A DNA stretch of 64,000 nucleotides, taken from assembly GCA_045837725.1 (NCBI GenBank), contig JBEWZL010000102.1, positions 1-64,000 of the forward strand, read 5' to 3'. Each line of letters begins with the position of its first letter. The first letter of the stretch is position 1. Source of the DNA: Vermamoeba vermiformis. Taxonomy: Eukaryota. This document shows, piece by piece, positions 54,274-64,000 of the stretch. The notes beneath the pieces were generated by a model. It was given only the letters and a program-made list of their open reading frames with translations, made no database searches and was not told the origin of the DNA. The position numbers were made by a program, and so were the translations under genes.

Positions 54274-55850
54274 ATGAATAGTTTGTATAATTCGTGGGGC
54301 GGTAATTATAGCTCGGAAATACCGTTTCCTAATCAGATGCCAAGTCCGATGCATCCCACAGCTAATACAGAACTGCCTGGCTTCAGAATTAACTTGCCGC
54401 CAATGAATATGACGACTACATTACCTCCCATGCAGCCTTATTTGCATGTTCATAGCCCTCACGAGGAATTAACTTCGAGCGGACCACATCTAACGCTTGC
54501 TGAACAAGAACTGGCCTTATTTACAGCATTATTAAATGGCTATTCTAAATGCGAGGTCACTGGACTCGATGGACGCGATCAAACACTCAATCAAGTGCAG
54601 AATCTGTCGATAGACAAACAGAACTCATTACTTTATCAATTTCAGATCGGTTCTTTACACGATCCAGAAGTGTAAGTAGCCAGAGAAACATTGCTAATAT
54701 TTAAAATATTACTATATAATTAATTTTATCAGTCTTTAATCCGCAAAAAGTATTTTTCAACCAACTCTTCCGCGTTGCAAGATCCATATTTTATACTAAG
54801 AATCTTTCTTGTGATGCGCAAGTTAAAAATTATCTTTGGTACTAAATTATGACCGTTAAAGCGCTACACCGGTAAATTCGTCGTTTTATTTGACACAAGT
54901 CAAAAATGCCAATTCACTACGACGCGATCTGAATAAATATTGTGTTCTGACGCAAATTAAGGCCTAATAAAGGTCATTATTCATCACATTTATTAAAAGA
55001 GATTAAATCGCATCGTGGTCATGCGGAACAGCGATCATTTTCCCGTTTCTGATCAGATTTTACACTTTATTGCTTTTGCTGATCTGTTTATCATAGCCGC
55101 GAAGTGTTCAAATGCCTGCGCGATGTGCTATGGGCTGAAACGAAGCACCAGGAGAATTTATTGAACGAAATCACGATTTGGTGCAATAATCAAATAACAG
55201 ACATGAAAAGATCTTTGTATCCATCAGAAGACAAAGCGAGTTCATTAGGCAGATCGGTAAGTAATGCTTATATACATATCATGTCTATTATTAGCAGGTG
55301 CGGATGAATTAATTGGATTGGTTTTTAGGGTATTCCCTCTCCATCTGCAACGCCGTCCCCACCAACGCGCCACTATAAAGGTCGTAAAAGAAACTTGCCC
55401 CCTCACGCGACAGCGGCCCTTAGAAAATGTACGTATCTCTTTGATATTGTTTTACCATTGCGTTGTAAAAGCGCGGATCTTCCTTTTATGGAAAAACGCC
55501 GGTACCTTCCTTGGCCTCGCACGTAGAGACGTCCTAACAGCGCATTATTTTAAAGGGTTATTTGAACATACGGAAAATCCTTATCCTACGGAAGACGAGA
55601 AGCAATTATTAATGCAACAAACCAATCTAAATTTGAAACAAGTCAATAACTGGTTTATCAACGCTAGACGTCGAATTTTGAAACCAGGCGGCGAAGGATT
55701 AAATGGTGATATTAGTCCGAGCATGATGGACGAGAAGCATTTCGGCGCCAATTTATTTTCGGTAAGTTGCAGATTCGTTCATCGAACGGTTTCAGATGTT
55801 GTTAATCATAATATTATTGCTAGGATGATCATAATGCCGAGGACTCATAA
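54274..55850 (+). CDS. TALE-class homeodomain transcription factor with MEINOX/KNOX-like N-terminal domain
   Basis: [60 protein letters not shown] (PYP loop, WFINARRR); upstream [31 protein letters not shown]. Confidence 0.92.
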
Positions 55851-56272
55851 GTCAGGCTTCGTTGTAATGTACATACCTTAAACCATTTCCAGTTTCGTTT
55901 TATTTATTGGGATCTTGCTCCAACGCAATCCAACTGTAGTAATAAATTTGTTCATAAATTGTGAACGCGTCACTTATCGTACCAAGTCCAATGAACTATT
56001 AAAGCCTCCGATTAGGCCGGATCTTCCGTACGTAAGTTGCAACTTCGTGAGGTCGGTACTTAAACATTCATACCGAACTTTCATATCGTTACAGCAAGGT
56101 AAAAATAGTACGACTTCATATTTGGTCGTCATTCTGGTACAGGTGCTAAGAATGAAATTCATTGAACCAACTATGCCACGTGCTTGCCTTATTTGTAACA
56201 ACTTAACGCCACGAACTTTCTTTTGAGACCTTTTTCAATCAAAAACCTTTACTCAAACACACAAACAACAAC

Positions 56273-56422
56273 ATGGGTGGCGTTCAAAGTGCTATCAACA
56301 CAATCGTAGCCTCCAACACGGCGATTCACTTGCACAACGGTCCTGACGACGACGATTTCCTCCCTCGAACCCCGGACAACAGCAACTCCGGCGGCAACTC
56401 ATCTACTCCTCAGTCGATGTAG
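56273..56422 (+). CDS. Candidate 49-aa N-myristoylated microprotein
   Basis: MGGVQSAINTIVASNTAIHLHNGPDDDDFLPRTPDNSNSGGNSSTPQSM*; MGxxxS motif; CAAACAACAACATG start context; coding-like C-ending codons. Confidence 0.55.
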   Translation: MGGVQSAINTIVASNTAIHLHNGPDDDDFLPRTPDNSNSGGNSSTPQSM

Positions 56423-57116
56423 CTTGGTCCTACTATTTGACTCGAAGCTTCAAGTGAAGTCGGACGGATCGAGTGCCGGTTTATGAAGCGGTTGTACTCC
56501 TAAAAATAAAACAACGAGATGGATTAATAAAATTTTAATTAACGTACCATAAAAGTTTCGTGAAGTCCTTTTGCTTTGCTGGTTTTTAAGGCTGTACGTT
56601 AAGCGAGTTTTGTTTAAACTTTCCACTTCCGCCGAAAGAAATTCATTTTGGATCAACGCAATAAATCCTAACCTCATAATGAACATATAATCAACCACAT
56701 CCGTGATGCCTCTTCATTCGACGAAGGAGAATTGCGCAGTGTGGTCAAAACAGAAACCGTTAGATTCGTTTCTTGGAGCCGGTGAGAACCAAGGGAAGAA
56801 ATCCTCCTTCTAAATTATAAATTCTTATCAGCTATTCAACATATAACGTATGTTTACATTTCAATATTTACCTTTCGAGATCAGATTTAGATTCAGACCA
56901 AAACAACTGCGCAAATATTAGCTAATGAGAAGGAACAATGAATTTTAACGATAAATTGCGCAGCCAAAGCAATACTGAATACAAAAAAACTAATTGAGCG
57001 ATTACTAGCGTTTCTTCTCCTTCGCGCCTTTGTGAGGCGACAATAATACTCCGAGATCACAAAAGAGATCGAACGGTTGAAGCCTACAGTTGTAATAAAT
57101 GCAATTTACCCACAAC

Positions 57117-59321
57117 TTAAAAACCAATGGAAGCTATAACAATAAATAATCCGACGCTAATGCTAACCAAGCGGATCGAGCCATCACCCGTCACTTGAGT
57201 TGAAGAGGGTGAGGCGCTAGGACTCGAGCTAGGACTCGTAGGTGTTGGGGATTCGGGAGTTGACACTGCAAAGTGAATAACAGCCACTGTGTCACTCACT
57301 TCGAATGAGAGTTCATCATTGGACGCAGTCAACTTTTGACTGGTGAATGTCCATTGATCGTTGTACTTCAGTAATTCAATCGATGCGAATGACGAGAGCT
57401 GACTGGACTGAAGCGTTGCAGGGAGGTTAGGAGCTTGAACTTGAAGAGAGGGTGTCACGGAGGTGTCTGAAACTGGCCGTTAATCGAGGACAAGTTCAAA
57501 GACAAACGACTCACCTTCGCAAGTAATCTCGTGCCAAAACACCAAGTAGAAGTCACCACTGCTCTTTTGGAACAACAAGTGATGCACCATGTGCATTTGA
57601 GTGATGTTGCCGACTGGTTGCGCCGTCAGGTTGAAGTTGAGTTCGCCAGGAGTGAACGAAGGAGCGTCTAATAGGGTAGTCAATAAATGAACCCTCAGTA
57701 ATATATGATGAACAAATCAGCAAATAAAACTTTCGCTACCAGACTGACACGAAAGACAATTGACAGGTGTCATAATCAACCTACTTTTCTCTTGCAACAA
57801 GTGAATCAAGCTCTTCACTGCAAAGAATGCTGGCTTCTCGGTGACGTTGCGATAAAGAAGACCAAAGTTTGCTTCTCTGTTCGTGCGATCAGGGTCAACA
57901 AACTCGTCGATGAACTCGTAGGTGAACGTTCGAAATACACCCAGTCTGAAGAACTCTAAGTAAAGCCTAATAATACGAATCTTATAAGAATGAACAAGAT
58001 TTGCGAGTAGCTTGCCTTGGCATGTATTTAGCGTGAGCCAAGTTCGAAGAGCCGTTGACCCAAGTCGAGTAACCGGTCTCGGTAGCGACCATGTACTTCG
58101 GATAATAGGGGGGTCTGTAAACATTGAATTGCCACGGATATACGTCCAGCGCAACTGCGAAAAAGGTGTAAGCAGAAAGTTCGTACTTACAGAGCCTGTC
58201 GTTGTGAACTTGAACGAGACTTACCCGATGGAAAGTTCGAGTCCCAGTATTGCTTTGCCAACACCCAGTAGGGCCTAGGATAGTTGAAGGGATTGCCTCC
58301 TCTACAAATCAAAGTTACTTCAAGTTCGGAATTACGTGGATCCGTAAGACTGGAACTTACATGTAAGGATGGAAATTGCCGTAATCAACAGTGTCATTCA
58401 ATAAACCAGCAGCGAATGGGTTCGGAGTATCTGTTGATCGAATTAGACATGCTCTATAAGGTAGTTAGTTCCTTAACCAGAGACGTACCGCCATAAGTCT
58501 TGCCGAGGGCAATGCCGTAGACCAACAGGTTTTTGGTCGTGTCATTGGACTTGAATGCGGTGTAAATGTCACGCATAAAGTCAATCGCTCCTTGCGGGAA
58601 TCCCTGTAATATGTTTGGTTATTACGGGTGAGTAGTGAAAAAATACGGTGACACGTGTCACCAAGTGTCAAAATGTGTTCCAGAAAAGATTCTTACATTC
58701 CCGTTGTATTTTTTATTCAGATTCACCCAAAAATAATCTGGCTCATTGGGACCTACAATTTCGTTAATACGAGGTCCATAATCATGATATTTAGGCTTAC
58801 CTTCGATCGCATCTATTGTCGGGAATGATTCGTTAAAGTAACTGGCCACGCGTTGTTGCAACTGCGTTGGATTTCCCTTCAAAGAGGTCAAAATTATGTC
58901 ACTTAATATATTAATAGTACATACGAGGTCAGGTTCCATTACAACTGTTGTTTTAATTCCAACTGCGCCGAGTTCCCGAATCCGATTGCTGAAACCATCA
59001 CGAATGTGACGAATACCAATATCAATTAATTTTTCTTTAACTTGGGCGTACGCAAAGCCGTATGGAGTGTCGGTATATGTCCAATGAGTGCATACACCGA
59101 TGCTGAAATGACAAAGGATCAGAAAAAAACGCAATCAGCAAAATAGGATACCAAATAACTTTAAACAAACGTCAAAATTATTAAGAATATGCCCATACTA
59201 AAACAAATTAATCCACTTACCTCTCGACGAATTCTTCGCTTCGGATCGCGACTTCAGCGTTGGTTCCGAATTTGTCCGCAACAGCCAACAATAAGACAAA
59301 GAGAAATAAAGAAGCTCTCAT
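57117..59321 (-). CDS. Secreted, GPI/TM-anchored clan GH-A glycoside hydrolase-like protein of bacterial type
   Basis: Signal MRASLFLFVLLLAVA, EEFVE|SIGVCTHWTYTDTPY, GIRHIRDG, AIE|GPNEPD, VATETGY, TFTYEFIDE, EANFGLL, KPAFFAVKSLI, S/P/T linker and hydrophobic tail. Confidence 0.85.
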
Positions 59322-59643
59322 TTGTGGTCTATGTTTTTGTCTTGCGGTAAATAAAATTAACCGTAGATTTGTGTCTTTTTCCGATTCACATGGTCATATT
59401 GGCAGAATCTAATACTGCAAGCCATGTTCAAATTCATTACCGCGTATTGTCCTTTTGAAGAAAATATCACGATTGGGAGATCTTTCGCTTACCCACGTCT
59501 TACCATTGTGATGTTGCGGATGGTTAGAGTTGAAGCGTTATTAATAGCTTTTATCGAATGCAATGACAGCCAACGGCGATTACTAGTAAGTGACACACAA
59601 AATAAATTCCAACGAAGATTTATCTACGCAAAAGCAACGATGA

Positions 59644-60360
59644 TTACAAACAATGCATAGTTGATAAGAAGCGTTCTGATCTCGATGACCAGCCAAGATC
59701 CGAGATTCCGCCAGCAGTAGCCTTCAGGTGATTTTGCGGTTGAAAGGACTGACACTTGTCACTCACTCGATAATTGTTGCGCAACAAACTTGACTCGTGA
59801 ATCCATTGATTTAGATAACGAAGAAGAGGAGATGGTGGGAGAGAGGTAAATAACAATCGCACTTGGAAGACTCACCTTCGCAGTATTCGTGCCAAACACC
59901 AAGTAGAGTCACCATTGCTTTTGAAACAATGATCAATAGTGCCCATGGGGGAAGAAGAAGGAATAAAGCAAGCAAAATTATGCAAAGGACATTCAAGCTG
60001 GCTTCTCAGTGACATTGCGATAAAGAAGACCAAAGTTTGCTTCTCTGTTCGTGCGATCAGGGTCAACAAACTCGTCGATGAACTCGTACGTGAAGGTTCT
60101 TTTGATGCCAAGTCTGAAGTACTCCAAGTACAGTCTAATGAACTGTTAATATATAAGACAACATGTCAACTGTTAGCTTGCCTTGGCATGTATTTAGCGT
60201 GAGCCAAGTACGAAGAGCCATTGACCCAAGTCGAGTAACCAGTCTCAGTAGCGACCATGGCTTTCGGTGCGTAAGGAGGGCGATAGACTTTCAGCGCAAA
60301 AGGATAGACGTCCATATTAACTGGGTCAAAGTAAGTTTGAGCGCAGTTAAGTGACCCAAA
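59644..60360 (-). pseudogene. Damaged 3' part of a tandem paralogue of the 57117-59321 hydrolase (pseudogene or poor consensus)
   Basis: 60001-60093 nearly matches 57833-57925, and 60177-60259 nearly matches 58010-58092. 59870-59930 matches 57509-57575 with many single-base deletions. Confidence 0.75.
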
Positions 60361-60720
60361 AGGAGAGAACGGAGCCCCGCAAAAAAGCCAGAGAACGCTA
60401 AATTATAAATAGTATATAACGCTAAGAGTTTTTTCCGCAGCGCCCAGATCTTATTTTTAACCATCGGAAGGATGATATCGAAGTAGTTTGTATAGGAAAT
60501 AAGGATTGGAAGTAAGAGAAGAGGAAGGAAGAAGTAAAAAAAAAAAAAGTAAAGGCGGCGCGGGAGAGACAAAAAGGGGGGGGGACGCGGCGGGGGAGAC
60601 GGCAAGATAAAGTCGGCCGTGCGCCGGTTGCGTGAAACACACTGAATTGCTGAAATATTCCGCGGCTTGAGCTCTGATCTTGGTGAAAACAAATAGTATC
60701 CGAATCAACTGCGAAAATAG
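60290..60720. other. Aberrant purine- and homopolymer-rich stretch, likely low-quality sequence
   Basis: A and G runs; homology to the hydrolase paralogue is lost; same texture as 30590-31200. Confidence 0.6.
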
Positions 60721-60793
60721 CTGTTTTCAGGTAACAAAAGATATCAGTATTTACTAGCTCTGACGCTCAAACGAAAAGAAAATTCCGATATAT

Positions 60794-63377
60794 CTATTTA
60801 GGTGCATCTTCGATCACTTTCATAGCGCGACAATTACTGCCAGCTCCACAATCGCTGCAAAAATAAATCGGTGTTAGACAGCTAGTTGTTCGCATTGCAG
60901 AACAATTGAGAAGGAGTCTATATCGACTTCATAGTATTAAATGATATATAGGTCATACCAATAGAACCGTGATGAATTAGGCGCAAATGAGACATCGTGT
61001 CCGTCGTGACATTTTTTGACGCAAACAACGCACACGCCACCGTGATCACTCAAGTCACACGTGTAACAGCGGTACCTACAAGTAGGAATGCAATATGATT
61101 ATGCTATTTAAGGCATTAATAGAGACAGAGGGATATCTCATGAGCGTTTTTTAACTGGGCTTTTGAGTGAGTCAAAGTTCCAAAAAAGGAAATTTATTGA
61201 CCCTATGCATCGCAAAAATCATTCCCAGATTTCGTTTTGACCTATTTTCCTTATATAGTAGTGCCTCCCTACGTTGCGGCCCGCCCGACCAGGACCGCCC
61301 CTCGGAGGTCGGATCCTAGTGCCTTCAGTCGTCTCCTAGGAGTTGTTTGGACGGGGGCAGCACAAGGGTAAATAGGGGTTGTGGTGGTAAGTTATCTAAC
61401 GTGTCTAAGTTATCCCTCACACTAATTGCGTACCATTCTTGCACTACATGATTTGCTTCGGTCCCTGCAAAAGTGCACATGTTGCGTGCAATGCAATTTC
61501 GACAGTTAATGCCTAAACAAGTGATTAGCGTCATGAACAGTTCCATCGTTATTAGACTCTTACTTAAAGTATCTTCATCATCGCCATCGCGATACAACAT
61601 TTCGTATTTAGGTCTCTTCGGAAGCAACACCAGATCCGTCTTGTTGTCGCAGATCGTGTTGTTCGACAGTAACTCTTCACGCGTGAATTGCTTATCTTTA
61701 CTATATTCGGCCATACTCAATCCTGTACAACATTAAAATATTAATATATGAAGTGTTGTGATTTAATCTTTTAAAAGATCTTTTTTTTTGTAACGAACGA
61801 AGCGGAGGTCTCCGAACTTAAAGTTCTTTCCTTAGGAAATAGTAATCTCCGAGGAGATAATTATTTTATCAAATTTAATTCGAGCAAAAAACTGGTCTTT
61901 CGTACCGATAAGTCCGTTGTTCTTGATCTCGTTTTCGGCAATGCGCTGAATATTTACGTCGTGTCTTAATACGAACACCACTGTTCATATTATGCGTTAT
62001 GATGTTCTTGTATATCGTTATGGTGGTATTCTCCAGCACTTCCAATCCGTACAAATTGTTCGAGATCCGACTTTCGATAACGACGCACTCACAATTATTC
62101 CGCACATCAATCCCCCGATCTGCGCTACGTTCAACGATACACCGCACTATCGACAAAGGCACAACGGACTTTCGAATGATAACACCTGACTCTATTCTGG
62201 GTGAATGTACTGTCCATGATCGTTGATTCATCCACGTGACAATCTGACAAACGAAATCCAATGTCGTTTCGTTCGAATACTAATAGCAATACGTTAGTAT
62301 ATAATTTCGTAATAAAAATGTTTCATCATAAAAATCCAGATCCGGTGCGTACTTGCCATGCAAATTTTTTTTTGTTCTAATGCAATTGATCTCTTTGCCT
62401 TCTTGTACATTTATAATAGTATTAATGAGAAGTTATTTTACCTGATCTTCGTACGTGTACGATGCCATTGGACGTAGTGTAAAGACCAAACTTGGAGTCG
62501 TAAAATCGGCAATTGTTTACAGTAACCTCAGAATTTCTAAATAGATAGGATATATGTATTAGATAACACTACAATACTAGTAATCAATTATGGTATTACG
62601 CGATGTACAGGGCTGAACGCAGTTCTGCCGTAAACTCGCAATTCTCAATGTTGAAATCTGCGTCTTGTAACATGCAACAGGTATTGCCTTTCTCGTCTTT
62701 TTTGCCAGCAACAAATGATATATTCTAAATAAGAATAAAAAAGAAAGTATTAGAGCTGGGGTGCGAAAAATTGGTCGTTAGATCCGCACCTGTATTCCGA
62801 TTTTGTAGTCCGGTGTGTTGCCATAAAATACATAGCACAATAACCTATCACTATTGCAAATAAATGTCGTTTTCTGATTGGTTGATTTTTGAGACCAGGG
62901 CGTGTCCCATAAACCACAAATATCGATATTAGGACGAAGTCGTAAGCCTTGTTGAAGAAGATAAGTGCCTGGTGAGAATATAAGCTTGTATCTATCGGTC
63001 TTTGATCGCCTCCAAGATTCTTTTGCGTGATCCACAGCATGCTGGACGGTCACAAACTCAATTGCTAAGAAAAATATTCGTTTCCAGTCTACAAAAAAAT
63101 CAGATAAATATTTTATAATATTCGGTATAATATTTAGATGCTATTAAATTGATTTATAATGCTTACCATGAATATTAGAGTCGACACAAATTATTTTCTG
63201 TTTTTCATTTTGAATTCTGTTTCTCCAATACCAAGAAGAGTTCGTCATCTCTTTAAACGCATGCGAGCACATTCCTAATTTTATTAGAGATGATGAATGA
63301 GCGTGGCTGACGACCTGTTCAATCATTTCCAAGGGCAGATCGAGAAGCGGAAACGTCATCACTTCATCGTCCGACAT
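60794..63377 (-). CDS. FBXO11-like protein: F-box, right-handed beta-helix, UBR-type zinc finger; one apparent frameshift near 61965
   Basis: F-box LLDLPLEMIEQVVSH; PbH1-like SRISNNLYGLEVLENTTITIYKNIITHNMNSGVRI; spliced CTFAGTEANHVVQEW|YRCYTCDLSDHGGVCVVCVKKCHDGHDVSF..RFYC|DCGAG. Confidence 0.88.
61128..61418. mobile_element. 291-bp MITE-like non-autonomous element in an intron of the FBXO11-like gene
   Basis: Terminal inverted repeat GAGGGATA (61128-61135) / TATCCCTC (61411-61418), flanked by ACA on both sides (61125-27, 61419-21). Excision shrinks the 358-nt intron 61076-61433 to 64 nt. Confidence 0.65.
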
Positions 63378-63764
63378 TACGGTGGCTTGTATTCGATTAA
63401 ATCTTGCGAATTCTTTACTATTGATTAATATTTTAAATAAGGTTTGCCTCTGTTGTAGACAAAGATGAAGGAAATAAAATAAACTTGACAAAACACAGCT
63501 TTTTAAGACAAATGTGCTCCCGCAAATCACGCGTTCGCGATAATCATAGAACTATATAATATACAATATTGACGACATTCTACTCAATTAAGACGACTCA
63601 TCAAGAACGTTTAAAGCTTGGCATTGAGGCTCAGCACCACAGTCACTAAAATTTGTCTAATTTTCCACCGCCTCGTGCGACCTGCCAGGGCAGGGTCCAC
63701 CAGAGCTGTCAAAATCTCGGCTTTATCGTTTTGATGGTTCAGATAGGATGAATTCGGCATGGGT

Positions 63765-64000
63765 TTAGTCTTGATGGACGAGAAGTGCAAATGACGGCGA
63801 GAGATATTCCGCCAATTGACCACGTGACATGAGCACCAATCTCGGACACAAAGTCAACAATCTTTCGACACTCCATCGCTTGCCGGGCATTGGAGAATTT
63901 TGTTCATCGGACTGGACTGACGCGGACAATTGTTCTTGTTTGAGCTTCGCCAGCTGTTCGTCGTTCATGCCGTCGTAGTCAACAACTTTCGTGGTGTAAT
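63765..64000 (-). CDS. 3' end of an unidentified gene running in from beyond the window
   Basis: Open frame to the window edge (..YTTKVVDYDGMNDEQLAKLKQEQL..) with coding-like composition. Confidence 0.4.
   Translation of the reverse strand, partial: YTTKVVDYDGMNDEQLAKLKQEQLSASVQSDEQNSPMPGKRWSVERLLTLCPRLVLMSRGQLAEYLSPSFALLVHQD

Noticed and set aside
60291-60708. Phe/Pro/Leu-rich minus-strand ORFs resembling membrane proteins
   Set aside because: Products of A/G-run low-complexity sequence; probably an artefact.
61105-61256. U12 snRNA-like words (ATGCCTTAAA, TAAGGAAAATA) on the minus strand
   Set aside because: They occur in the wrong order and spacing for U12, with no matching Sm site or stems.
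61261-61365. Hammerhead, HDV ribozyme or SRP RNA
   Set aside because: No CUGANGA/GAAA core, no convincing HDV nested pseudoknot, and no SRP helix-8 motif found by eye.

Overview
This is eukaryotic nuclear DNA from a compact, intron-rich genome. Introns are mostly short (~45-70 nt) GT-AG, the background is CpG-rich, and the genetic code is standard. The gene content (receptor Tyr-kinase, G-gamma, TALE homeobox, GPI-anchored cellulases) suggests a free-living protist, probably amoebozoan-like (inference). About 25 protein genes can be reconstructed by manual splicing: two ABCC transporters, a Kelch-FN3 receptor kinase, a bacterial-type sirtuin, an AAA+ ATPase, two GH5 endoglucanases, a PaiA-like GNAT, a catalytically dead PPP phosphatase, a PA-domain 7TM protein, a tandem pair of multipass-membrane F-box proteins, a degenerate ADP/ATP carrier, an OTU deubiquitinase, G-gamma, NDUFAF6, NAP/SET, SIN Cdc14-like, a MEINOX-TALE homeobox, a secreted clan GH-A hydrolase plus a damaged paralogue, and FBXO11-like. 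There are also two tandem U6 snRNA genes. The most unusual signals are: (1) a perfect 12-bp palindrome TGACACGTGTCA found six times, always in introns; (2) a CpG-depleted ~1.5-kb block at the window start with CCCTAA-like repeats and a spliced His-Cys-box endonuclease gene; (3) the F-box/polytopic membrane protein pair; (4) the PPP pseudophosphatase; (5) a 291-bp TIR/TSD-bounded element inside an intron. Two stretches (~30.6-31.2 kb and ~60.3-60.7 kb) look like low-quality sequence. Gene coordinates are start-to-stop spans including introns, derived by eye; no database searches were run.
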